Source: an uncultured Bacteriovoracaceae bacterium (lineage in GTDB: Bacteria > Bdellovibrionota > UBA2428). From it: 64,000 bases of DNA. The position numbers and the translations under genes are program-made. Below the pieces are notes generated by a model. The model did no database searches. It was not told where the DNA came from and saw nothing but the letters and a program-made list of their open reading frames with translations. This document shows positions 1-8,552 of this stretch, piece after piece (positions within the stretch are counted from its first letter, which is position 1; each line of letters opens with the position of its first letter). The stretch lies in the NCBI GenBank assembly GCA_937952285.1, contig CALFZE010000124.1, positions 36,649 to 100,648 of the forward strand. The letters run 5' to 3'.

Positions 1-931
1 TGAGGTTCTCGACCGCGACGGCGCCCTTGCCCTTACGCATCTTTTCCTGGATCCATTTGCGGCGCTCGCGCACTTCCTGGCCCGAGGCCACGCTCAAAAC
101 GCCAAGGCCGTAGGTTCCCGCGTCGTTCTTCACGAAAACCCGCGGGGTCTCGCCGATCTCGCGCTCGCCGTAACCGCGTTTCAGCGTCTCGATCATCTGG
201 TCGACCTTGTTCGCGAGATGATCGATGCCTTCGTCCGTGGAGAGGTCCGGCAAGGGGATCGTCCACGAGAGCGGCGCGAAGTACCAGGGATCGAAGAAGT
301 CGAGTTGGCGCGCGATCGATTTGAGCAGCCCCTCGACGATCTGCTGATGGTCGGACTTGCGACGGCGGTACCACCCGAGCTTCGGGCTCGGGAAGGTAGG
401 CAGGTGCACGTCCTTCAGGAAAGCCGGCAATCCGCCGGACAGATCGTGGTTGAGCAGGATCGCGTCCGCGCCCTCGAGCGCGACTTGGGGGGGAAGGTAT
501 TCGAGCACGGCGCCCGACGCGGTCTTGAGCGGCCAAGCCTTCGGGATCGGCGGTCCCGACCAGGCCAAGCGCACCTCGCACCCGGCCTCGCGCAGCAGTC
601 CCAAGATCCCGCTGAGGTTCTCGAGGTAACCGGCGTTGTTCGTGTGCGACTCGGGCACCACGGTAATTTTCCAAGGCGCGGTCTTGAGCAGTTTGGCGGC
701 CAGAAACTCCCGCATGCGCTGCGATCCCCGCGCCCGATCGTTCGCGGTCAGCACGTTGAAGCCCGCCGGGAAGAGATTCACGTCGACCGCGCAAACCTTC
801 CAGCCGGAGTCCCGGATATCGAGCGAGGCGTAGACCGGATAACCGCAACTCGAAACGCGGGCTTGCAACAAAGGCAATACCTCGTCCATGCGCTCGACGA
901 GCACCTCGAAAAACTTCGCGGCCGAGGACAT
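1..931 (-). CDS. Putative glutamate--cysteine ligase-like protein (GshA/ATP-grasp-like), C-terminus beyond window edge
   Basis: Manual translation of minus strand from ATG at 929-931: MSSAAKFFEVLVERMDEVLPLLQARVSSCGYPVYASLDIRDSGWKVCAVDVNLFPAGFNVLTANDRARGS.... The frame is open to position 1, so it is absent from the ORF track. The ATG overlaps the upstream ArsA stop (ATGA). The family assignment is from memory of the GshA-type YPVYASLDIRDSGWK N-terminal region and is tentative. Confidence 0.45.
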   Translation of the reverse strand, partial: MSSAAKFFEVLVERMDEVLPLLQARVSSCGYPVYASLDIRDSGWKVCAVDVNLFPAGFNVLTANDRARGSQRMREFLAAKLLKTAPWKITVVPESHTNNAGYLENLSGILGLLREAGCEVRLAWSGPPIPKAWPLKTASGAVLEYLPPQVALEGADAILLNHDLSGGLPAFLKDVHLPTFPSPKLGWYRRRKSDHQQIVEGLLKSIARQLDFFDPWYFAPLSWTIPLPDLSTDEGIDHLANKVDQMIETLKRGYGEREIGETPRVFVKNDAGTYGLGVLSVASGQEVRERRKWIQEKMRKGKGAVAVENL

Positions 932-2001
932 CAGAGAAACCTTCCTTCCTGTATGAGCTGCCGACCTAAACGGGTCAGGCGATTCAGATCGAGTTCGTGG
1001 CCCGAGGCGCGCGCGAGCTCCGCGCGGGGGGCGTCACCCAAACGGGCGGCGATCTCGGCGCGGAGCCGCGCCTCGTTCGCCTGTCGGGCCCGCAGAGCCG
1101 ACGCGGTTTCCGCGCCGAGCGCCGCCTCGAGCGCGCCCGGGGGAAGCGGGTCCGCCGGCAGGCACTTGTTCAGGGCGAGAACGCGTCGGCCCGGCAGGCC
1201 GCGCGTTTCGATCTCGCGCGAGAGAAAAACGGCTTCCTCGACGGGATAGGTCTCGGGAGTCGCCACGAGCAAGAATTCCGTGCGGTCCGAACCCGTCCAC
1301 ATCTCGATCTCCCGCGCGCGTCGCTTGAGAACTTCGTAGACGGGACGAAACTCCGTCAGCAAGGTGGAGAGCTCGCCGAGAAAACTCTTCCCGAGGAAGC
1401 CGCGAAAAAGTTCGAGGGCCTGTCCGCGGCCCGTGTCGATCAATCTCGAAAAGAAACCCTTCTCCGTCAAGCGTTCGGACTCCACGAAAAAGCGGAGCAC
1501 GCTCTCGTCGAAGAAACGGAGCAGGTGACCAGGGCTGTCGAGAAAATCGAGCGCGTGCCGGGAGGGCGGCGTATCGAGGATGCACACGTCAAAGTCGCCG
1601 CCGCGGCCGACCGCGAGAATCCGCTCGACGCCCAAGTACTCCTCGATGCCGCCGAGTTGGCCCTGCAGCACCTTGAAGAGACGATTGCCGAGCACGCGGT
1701 CGGCGGTCTGCGGCGCGTACTGGCGCACGAGACTCTCGAGCGCGCTGCGGGAATCCAACCAAAGCGCGTCGGCCGATCCGCCGCCCGGCGCTTCGAAAAC
1801 CCGTCGCGGTTCGATCGACAGGGACTCGAGCCCCAGGATCGTCGCCAGGCGCTTGGCCGGATCGACGGTCAGCACGACGCTCCTCAGCCCGAGCTCGGCG
1901 AAGCCGAGCGCGAGCGCCGCCGAAAGCGTCGTCTTCCCCACGCCGCCGCCGCCCAAAGTGACGACGAGCCGGGCCTTCGGCACCTCGATCGAAGGATTCA
2001 C
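931..2001 (-). CDS. ArsA/GET3-family P-loop ATPase (anion-transporting ATPase-like), second of a tandem pair
   Basis: Carries GGGGVGKTT Walker A and the DTPPSRHALDFLD signature (the ArsA DTAPTGHT-like motif). It is 356 aa. Its start overlaps the upstream ArsA-like gene by 4 nt. Confidence 0.8.
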   Translation of the reverse strand: MNPSIEVPKARLVVTLGGGGVGKTTLSAALALGFAELGLRSVVLTVDPAKRLATILGLESLSIEPRRVFEAPGGGSADALWLDSRSALESLVRQYAPQTADRVLGNRLFKVLQGQLGGIEEYLGVERILAVGRGGDFDVCILDTPPSRHALDFLDSPGHLLRFFDESVLRFFVESERLTEKGFFSRLIDTGRGQALELFRGFLGKSFLGELSTLLTEFRPVYEVLKRRAREIEMWTGSDRTEFLLVATPETYPVEEAVFLSREIETRGLPGRRVLALNKCLPADPLPPGALEAALGAETASALRARQANEARLRAEIAARLGDAPRAELARASGHELDLNRLTRLGRQLIQEGRFL

Positions 2002-2936
2002 GTGCTTCCCCCTTGCGACCAGGCCGCGGCGAAACGCTCCACGACGACCTTCGCCGAAGCCTCGACGAAGTCCGGAATCTTCACGAAGGTCGCCGCGTCC
2101 AGCTTCGTCCGCAGCTCGGACTCAAGACGGGCTTGCTCATCGTGCCGCTCGCGTTCGAACTTCACTTCCTCGCGCCAAGCCTCGGAAAGGTTTTCGCCGG
2201 ACTCACCCTGCGCTTGCGCGCGCGGACGGCAGCGATTGAAAAGCAAAGACGGACGGGGCAGGCGCAGACGTTCCAACTCGGAGCGCAACTCGATCGTCTC
2301 CCGCACCGGAACTTCTTCGGGCAAGGCGACGATCCAGAATTTCGTCCGCTCCGGGTCGCGCACGAAATCCATGATCTCGGAGGCCTGACGGAAGATGAGT
2401 CCCGACCCGAAAACTTCGACGAGGGCCGCCACGCTCTCGAAAAGCGCGAGGCCATGCCCCGTCGCGGGCGCGTCGACGACGACGTCCGACCAGGGCTCGG
2501 AATCCGAAGCGCGCCCGTAGGCGGCTTCCCAGTGAAGCTTGCCCAGCAGCACGGAGGGTTCGAGGCCGGGGCAAACGTCGATGAACGCCGATACGATCTT
2601 GTTGTCGGTGACCTTCTCGGCGACGCGCTCGCGCAGGCCGGCCGTCACGGAAGCCAGCGTCCCGGTTTCGTTACCGAGCGCGAGGAGCTTGCCGAAGTAC
2701 TGCCGAAAGGTCTCCTTCGGGAGGATGCGCGATCCGAAGCCGCCGGGGATGCCGAGCGGTCGGTTCTCGAAGGGAGCCCCCGGCAATCCCAACCACTCCA
2801 GGGCGCGGCCCGATCCTTGGACGTCGACGAGCAAGACGGGACGCCGGCCGGTCGCGAGCAACTGCCGCGTCAAGGCCGCCGCCGCGGTCGACTTCCCGAC
2901 CCCGCCTTTTCCGGTCACGATGTGCAGCTTAGCCAT
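1998..2936 (-). CDS. ArsA/GET3-family P-loop ATPase, first of a tandem pair
   Basis: Start placed at the internal MAKLHIVTGKGGVGKST (ATG 2934-2936) rather than at the track's upstream start. Contains the VDAPATGHGLALFES signature. About 313 aa. Confidence 0.75.
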   Translation of the reverse strand: MAKLHIVTGKGGVGKSTAAAALTRQLLATGRRPVLLVDVQGSGRALEWLGLPGAPFENRPLGIPGGFGSRILPKETFRQYFGKLLALGNETGTLASVTAGLRERVAEKVTDNKIVSAFIDVCPGLEPSVLLGKLHWEAAYGRASDSEPWSDVVVDAPATGHGLALFESVAALVEVFGSGLIFRQASEIMDFVRDPERTKFWIVALPEEVPVRETIELRSELERLRLPRPSLLFNRCRPRAQAQGESGENLSEAWREEVKFERERHDEQARLESELRTKLDAATFVKIPDFVEASAKVVVERFAAAWSQGGST

Positions 2937-3684
2937 GCTTGACTGCAGCTTCTCTCGCGAAGGGAGCTTCGAGGATACGTACGACCGTCCGAATGACGTT
3001 TCGATCGTGGAGAAGCCCGGCGTGCCCGATACCGTCGAAAATAAGATTGGGAACGTGGGGCAAGAAAGTCGCCTGCGACTTGGCGACCAGATCGAGCCCA
3101 CCGCGCAAGTTCCAGTAATGGACCTGGCCGGGCAACGGCTCGTCACGCAGCCGCGCGAAGAGTTTCGAGCCCGAACGGAGGTCGCGAATGCAGGGAGGGA
3201 ACGGAAAGCGGAAGAAGAAGTTTCCTCCGTGGGGAACGCCCAAAAAAACGACCTTGTCGACGAGCGAAGCAAAGTCCGGATCGAGCAGGGCCACGCGGGT
3301 CACCATGCCCCCGAGCGAATGCGCGACGATGCGGGCGCGGCCCAATGGGTTCGCGTGCGCGCAACGCGCGAGCGCGCGACGCACGAAACGCTTGAGCTCC
3401 TCGGCCATCTTCTCGAGGGATTGGATCGAGGTCCAAAGCTCGAGCGTCGACAGGTTGCGGAAGCCCTCGCGACCGAGCACCCGCTCGAAGCGGTGGAACG
3501 CGGAGGCGTTGTGGAAAATCCCGTGCACGAGCACGACCGGCGCGCAATGCTCGGCACGGCTCGTGTCTTCGTTCGCCATCGCGTTGCGCAGGAAAGCCGA
3601 CTGCACGCGATCCAGGCCCCAGCCCACGGGATGATAGGTCGTCACGGCGACCGTCCTCAAGGATTCACGGATCCAATGCCTCAC
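2929..3684 (-). CDS. alpha/beta-hydrolase fold protein (esterase/lipase-like)
   Basis: HSLGG nucleophile-elbow motif (GxSxG) and a VLVHG oxyanion region. 251 aa. Confidence 0.7.
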   Translation of the reverse strand: MRHWIRESLRTVAVTTYHPVGWGLDRVQSAFLRNAMANEDTSRAEHCAPVVLVHGIFHNASAFHRFERVLGREGFRNLSTLELWTSIQSLEKMAEELKRFVRRALARCAHANPLGRARIVAHSLGGMVTRVALLDPDFASLVDKVVFLGVPHGGNFFFRFPFPPCIRDLRSGSKLFARLRDEPLPGQVHYWNLRGGLDLVAKSQATFLPHVPNLIFDGIGHAGLLHDRNVIRTVVRILEAPFAREAAVKHG

Positions 3685-4766
3685 GCGGACTCCTGCGCGC
3701 GCGCGACGCTCGCGCGGTGGGCGACCCGGCGCGACATCTCGAGGAAAATCTTCGCGACCTCGTGCTCCGGCTGGCTCGCCACGACGGGTTTCCCGTTATC
3801 GCCCGCGCGCACGAGCGTCACGTCGAGCGGAACGCGTCCCAAGAAAGGAACGCCCAGGCGTTCCGCTTCTTTCTCGGCGCCGCCCGAGCCGAAGATATCC
3901 GTTTCCCCGCGACAATGCGGACACACGAAACCGCTCATGTTCTCGACGAGTCCGAGCACCGGGATTTTCATTTTGCGGAACATCGCGATGCCTTTCGAGG
4001 CGTCCGCCAAGGAAAGGTCTTGCGGCGTCGACACGACGACGGCGCCCGCCACGTCGACGGCGTGATACAACGCGAGGTGAACGTCACCGGTTCCGGGCGG
4101 CAGATCGACGACGAGGTAATCGAGTTCCGGCCACTCGACGTCTCTCAGCATCTGTTCGACGGCCTTACCGGATTGGGGGCCACGCAAAAGCGTCGCTTCG
4201 CCCACGGGGGCGAAAAAGGCGAAACTCATGCAGGGCATTCCGTAAGCCGTCACGGGTTGGATTCTACCCTGCTTCACGGCCGGCATCGCCGTCAGCCCGA
4301 GTTGAATCGCGGCCGAGGGTCCCTGAACGTCGGCATCCAAGAAACCGACCCGGGCTCCTTCGCGGAGCAGGGAAAGCGCGAGATTCAGCGCGACGGTGGA
4401 CTTTCCGACCCCGCCCTTGCCCGCGCCCACGGCGATGACCTGGGCGATGCCGGGGAGGGACTTCGCGCCCCGTCCCGATTGGACGCGCCCCGTCACGGTC
4501 AGCTTGAGGGATCGAACGCCGGCCACGCCTTCTACGAGGCGTCGCGCCTCGGATTCGAAATGAGAGCGTAGCGGGCAAGCCGGCGTCGTAAGCTCCAGCG
4601 TCAAGGAGACCTCGTGGCCGAGAGGATACCGCTTGAGCAAGAGCTCCTTCACGAATCCGGCCGAGACGACGTCCTTATCGAGATCCGGGTCCTTGAGTTC
4701 GCGCAAAGCGTTCAAGATCCGATCGCGCAATCCGGCTTCTCCAGCGTCGTTCGCCGCGTCGTTCAT
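3681..4766 (-). CDS. apbC: Mrp/ApbC/NBP35-family Fe-S cluster carrier ATPase
   Basis: N-terminal MIP18/DUF59-like region (TTPACPL), deviant Walker A GKGGVGKST, and a CPHC motif (FVCPHCRGETDIF). 361 aa. Confidence 0.85.
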   Translation of the reverse strand: MNDAANDAGEAGLRDRILNALRELKDPDLDKDVVSAGFVKELLLKRYPLGHEVSLTLELTTPACPLRSHFESEARRLVEGVAGVRSLKLTVTGRVQSGRGAKSLPGIAQVIAVGAGKGGVGKSTVALNLALSLLREGARVGFLDADVQGPSAAIQLGLTAMPAVKQGRIQPVTAYGMPCMSFAFFAPVGEATLLRGPQSGKAVEQMLRDVEWPELDYLVVDLPPGTGDVHLALYHAVDVAGAVVVSTPQDLSLADASKGIAMFRKMKIPVLGLVENMSGFVCPHCRGETDIFGSGGAEKEAERLGVPFLGRVPLDVTLVRAGDNGKPVVASQPEHEVAKIFLEMSRRVAHRASVARAQESA

Positions 4767-4856
4767 GACTCAGAATGCTGCCCCCTTCGTCCCGATCTGT
4801 CCATGTCGGAACTCGTCGTGCTAAGCTGCCTCGCGGACAGAACCTGAGGAGGTCCC

Positions 4857-5462
4857 ATGAAAGCCCCGTCTCTCGCTCGCATCGCACTCGCCTTCGTCGC
4901 CGTTGCCTTCGTGGGATGCGCGGAACGCCGCTTTACGGAAGGCGAGTACGACGACGTCAACGAAGTCCGTCTCCTCGACGACAAGTTCAACGAGTCCGAC
5001 ATCACCGCGCTCGCCGACGAGATGATCGGATCGATGGCCGCCCACCCGATCTTCGTGGACGCCAAGCTCCCGCCCGTCGTGCAGGTCGAAACGGTCCGCA
5101 ACAAGACGACCGAACACATCGACACGAAATCCATCACCGACACGATCCGTACGGCGCTCATCAAGACGGGCAAGGTCCGCTTCGCCAACAAGGAAGACCG
5201 CGCCACGCTCGACAACGAAGTCGACTACCAACAGCAATCCGGGCGCGTTCGCCGCGACACGCAGAAGCCGCGCGACGGCTCGATCGGCACGGATTACATC
5301 CTGAGCGGCGATCTCATTTCGAACGTGCAGGAAGTCGGCAACCGCAAGCTCGTCTTCTACCGCTTGACGCTGAACCTCACGAACCTCACGACGGGCCTCA
5401 TCGAGTGGTCCGAAGAGAAGCCCCTGCGTAAGCGCTTCAAGAAGCGCGGCGTCGGCGCGTAA
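4857..5462 (+). CDS. lpoB: Penicillin-binding protein activator LpoB-like lipoprotein
   Basis: Lipobox VGCA. The blocks VVQVETVRNKTTEHID, GTDYILSGDLIS and YRLTLNLTNLTTGLIEW align with conserved E. coli LpoB blocks (VDSVNNRTN, GAHYVLYSSASG, LMLVQTGEIIW). Confidence 0.7.
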   Translation: MKAPSLARIALAFVAVAFVGCAERRFTEGEYDDVNEVRLLDDKFNESDITALADEMIGSMAAHPIFVDAKLPPVVQVETVRNKTTEHIDTKSITDTIRTALIKTGKVRFANKEDRATLDNEVDYQQQSGRVRRDTQKPRDGSIGTDYILSGDLISNVQEVGNRKLVFYRLTLNLTNLTTGLIEWSEEKPLRKRFKKRGVGA

Positions 5463-5483
5463 TCCCGAAGACGCGTCCCCGGA

Positions 5484-6707
5484 ATGCCCGTGAGCCTTCG
5501 CTTCGGCCTCGTCCTTTGCGCGGGGCTCGCAAGCGCCTGCGCCTCCGATCGCTACGTCACGGAGTCCGCGCACCGCGACTTCGATCGCCGCGACTACGCG
5601 ACGGCCGCGGAAAACTACGGAAAAGCCGCGTCCGAAGCGGGCGCCAACCAAGTCCTCTTCCTGCTGGACCAGGCGACCTCGCGTTTCGCGGCCCGCGAAT
5701 ACGACAAAGCCCTGCCCCTCTTCTTGCGCGCCGAGGATCTCATGGCGATCAAGGACTACACGAGCGTCAGCGAAGAGATCGGCACGCTCGCGACGGGCGA
5801 AGGTATCCGCGGCTACAAGGGCGAGGACTTCGAAAAAATCCTCGTGAACGTTTACCTCGCGCTCGGCTTCGCGAGCCTCGACAAGCTGGAAGACGCCCAA
5901 GTCGAAGCCCGCAAGATCAACCAACTCCTTTACCGCATGATCACCGAAGGCAAGCGCAACTACCAAGAGTCGCCCTTCGCGCGTTACCTTTCGGCCATGC
6001 TGTGGGAAGCCACGGGCGAAACGAACTCCGCCTACATCGACTACAAGAAAGCCTACGAGCTCGACCCCGGCTTTCCCGATCTCGGATCCGATCTGCTCGC
6101 GACGTCCAAGCGCATGGGCTTCGACGACGAGTTCGCGCGTTGGCGCGAAGCCTTCCCCCAATCTTCCCCTCGCGCGATCCCCAAAGACTCGGGCGAGGTC
6201 GTCGTTTTCTTCGAGAAGGGCCGCGGCCCGCTCAAAGTCCCCCGCTACGACGACGACGCCTCCCTTCCTCGCTACGTCAGCCGTTACAGCGACGAGATGG
6301 CGGCGCAAGTTCTCGTGAACGGCGTCGCGACGGCGAACGCGAGCGACGTGCTCGACGTCACCCGGCTCTCGAAAAGTTTTCTCGAAGATCGCATCGGCCG
6401 CCTTCGGGCCGCGCGACTCGCCGGAGCCGCCGTTAAGGGTGCCATCGCCTACGGCGTCGGCAAGGCGAGCGGCTCGGATGACTTGGGTTGGCTCACTTTC
6501 TTCCTGCTGCTCTTCAGCGACCGCGCCGACCTCCGTAGCTGGCGCACCCTGCCGTCGAGCATCCAGATGGCCCGCTTTCCGCTTCCCGCGGGCCGCTACG
6601 ACCTGGCCGTGGACGTGGCCGGGATCGACGGTCGGCCGATGCGACGCATCGATCTCGGCCGGATCGATCTGAAGGCCGGCCGCAAAGTCTTTCGCACGGC
6701 CCGCTGA
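5484..6707 (+). CDS. Lipoprotein of unknown function, frequent LpoB neighbour (COG3014-like, TPR-like N-terminus)
   Basis: Signal/lipobox LCAGLASACAS. 407 aa. Sits 21 nt downstream of the LpoB-like gene. The family call is from memory of lpoB neighbourhoods. Confidence 0.45.
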   Translation: MPVSLRFGLVLCAGLASACASDRYVTESAHRDFDRRDYATAAENYGKAASEAGANQVLFLLDQATSRFAAREYDKALPLFLRAEDLMAIKDYTSVSEEIGTLATGEGIRGYKGEDFEKILVNVYLALGFASLDKLEDAQVEARKINQLLYRMITEGKRNYQESPFARYLSAMLWEATGETNSAYIDYKKAYELDPGFPDLGSDLLATSKRMGFDDEFARWREAFPQSSPRAIPKDSGEVVVFFEKGRGPLKVPRYDDDASLPRYVSRYSDEMAAQVLVNGVATANASDVLDVTRLSKSFLEDRIGRLRAARLAGAAVKGAIAYGVGKASGSDDLGWLTFFLLLFSDRADLRSWRTLPSSIQMARFPLPAGRYDLAVDVAGIDGRPMRRIDLGRIDLKAGRKVFRTAR

Positions 6708-6749
6708 CGAACTCCTTCGCTTCGTAGCCCGATCGAAGGGCTTGCCAGG

Positions 6750-7475
6750 TTGCGCACGCCCCCTATGATGGGCCCCATGTTTGGCCCCATTCGCAACGTC
6801 GTCTTCGATCTCGACGGTACCCTCGTCGAGACCATGCCTTCCATCATTCGTGGGCTCAAGCTCGCGGTCGAAAGCGGCCTGGGCCGCGAAGTCACCCAAG
6901 CCGAGCTCGTCGCGACTTTCGGTCCGCCGCCCTTGGGCATCATGCGGACTTGGTTCAGCGACGAAGCCGTCGCGCAGCGCGCGCACCAGGTTTGGCTCGA
7001 CTTCGAGCGCGACCTCGATCCGAACGAGATGCGCGCCTTCCCCGGCGTGCCCGAGATGCTCGAGGGGCTGGCGGCGTCGGGAGTCGGACTTTTCCTGTTC
7101 ACGGGCCGCGACCGCAACGGCGCGCTCCGCACACTACAGCACAACGGTTGGCTCGATCGCTACTTCCTCGCCGATCGCATGCGCTGCGGGGACGACGGCT
7201 TCCCGCCGAAACCCGCGCCCGAAGGCCTCGTGCGCCTGCTCGCCGATCATGGCATCGACCCGGCGAGCACCCTCATGGTCGGGGATCACTCGATGGACGT
7301 GAAGGCGGGCCGTGCCGCGGGCACCAAAACCGGTGCCGCCCTTTGGGATCTACCACCCGGCGAAAAGACTCAACGCGCCCGTTTTCGCGAAGCTTGGAGC
7401 AAGTGGGACGGCCTTCCCGTCGACGTGCGCCTCATCGAACCCACCAGCCTCCTGAGCTGGTTGAAGAAGCCCTAG
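6750..7475 (+). CDS. HAD-superfamily hydrolase (phosphoglycolate phosphatase-like)
   Basis: HAD motif I VVFDLDGTLV, motif III K..GD (MVGDHSMDVKAG). The true start may be a later ATG (MGPMFGP). Confidence 0.75.
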   Translation: MRTPPMMGPMFGPIRNVVFDLDGTLVETMPSIIRGLKLAVESGLGREVTQAELVATFGPPPLGIMRTWFSDEAVAQRAHQVWLDFERDLDPNEMRAFPGVPEMLEGLAASGVGLFLFTGRDRNGALRTLQHNGWLDRYFLADRMRCGDDGFPPKPAPEGLVRLLADHGIDPASTLMVGDHSMDVKAGRAAGTKTGAALWDLPPGEKTQRARFREAWSKWDGLPVDVRLIEPTSLLSWLKKP

Positions 7476-8512
7476 ATCCCCCAACCCTCGATCGGAACTT
7501 TCGCTTCGAGAAAAATTTCTCCCGCGCCGTCGAGGCCGGCGTAGGTTCCCATCCAAGCTCCCCAGGCGGAACTCCCTCCGCCTCCGGAAGGCCACCCGTG
7601 ACAGAGGACGCGGACCTTGAGACGAGTTTGGTCGTAGGCGTAGGGAACACCGGTGCAAGCACTGAGGTTATCGCGAGCCAAGCGGCTGAAAAATCCGACC
7701 GGCGCCGCGTAACTGTCGACGACGTTCAATGCGAAAGGCAACTTCACGAGGTCGATCCGCGCTCCGGCCGGAAGCTGAAACAGGGTTAGTCCGGTTCCGT
7801 CGGTTCCGCCGGCCGTCTGTTGAAAGCGCCAGACCACTTCCATCGAATCTCCCACCCGACGCCAACTCACTCGGTCGACCGTGGTCGTCCCCTTCGTGGG
7901 CGCCGTGGCCGTGCTCGTCACAACCGCGGGGCCCGCATTTTGCCATTCCGTCACGGTCACCGACGCCGATTGCCCGCATCCCTGGATCGGACCCACGCCC
8001 GGCGTCGTGAGGACCGAGCGCTTGACTCTCAAGGAAACGGGAAACTTCCGATCGACCTCGAAGTTCTGCCCGGAAAGCCGGATCTTCAGTTCCAGCTGAG
8101 CCAAAACGACGTCAAACTTATCCGCTCCCACGTCGAAGCTATTCATCACGGTACCCGCGCTGAACGAAGCCGCCGTCACCGTGAAGTTTGGCTGGGCCGC
8201 GCCCAAAACAAAAATATTCTGGGCCGAAAGGCCGATCGGAAAACTCTGAATCGACGGATTGCCACCCGTCAAAGCGTAGTTACGCGCGGTCGCGGGCGAC
8301 AGGTTCGTCACGGAATCCGAGCAGGCCTGCGGCGAAGCCGTCGTGATCCTAACGAGGGATTCGAAATCGACGAGCTCCCCGTAAGAGGTGGCTCGTTTTT
8401 GAGTCGAAAAAACACCCTTAAAAAGCCCCGAAAATCCGACCGCCAAGAATCCCAACATCGCGGCCCCGACCAAGATCGACGCGAGGGAAAAGCCATCTCT
8501 ACCGTTCTTCAT
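7472..8512 (-). CDS. Large prepilin-like protein (class III signal-like N-terminus GFSL plus hydrophobic helix, no Glu+5)
   Basis: Start chosen at MKNGRDGFSLASILVGAAMLGFLAV (ATG 8510-8512). The C-terminus is Cys- and Gly-rich. Paralog of the 62152..63120 gene, sharing an STQK(R/G)xTS...FE(S/T)L block. Confidence 0.5.
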   Translation of the reverse strand: MKNGRDGFSLASILVGAAMLGFLAVGFSGLFKGVFSTQKRATSYGELVDFESLVRITTASPQACSDSVTNLSPATARNYALTGGNPSIQSFPIGLSAQNIFVLGAAQPNFTVTAASFSAGTVMNSFDVGADKFDVVLAQLELKIRLSGQNFEVDRKFPVSLRVKRSVLTTPGVGPIQGCGQSASVTVTEWQNAGPAVVTSTATAPTKGTTTVDRVSWRRVGDSMEVVWRFQQTAGGTDGTGLTLFQLPAGARIDLVKLPFALNVVDSYAAPVGFFSRLARDNLSACTGVPYAYDQTRLKVRVLCHGWPSGGGGSSAWGAWMGTYAGLDGAGEIFLEAKVPIEGWGI

Positions 8513-8552
8513 TCCATCAAAGTAACAGCTGTCTCGGACCCAAAGAAGCCGG

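Noticed and set aside
33-1249. ORFs 33..848 (-) and 218..1249 (+)
   Set aside because: Both are Arg-rich and overlap a third, open frame on the minus strand that translates into a well-composed ligase-like protein running off the window edge. That third frame is preferred.
4821-6986. 721-aa ORF on the minus strand
   Set aside because: Antisense to lpoB and the partner lipoprotein gene, with Arg/Gly/Asp-rich composition and no motifs.
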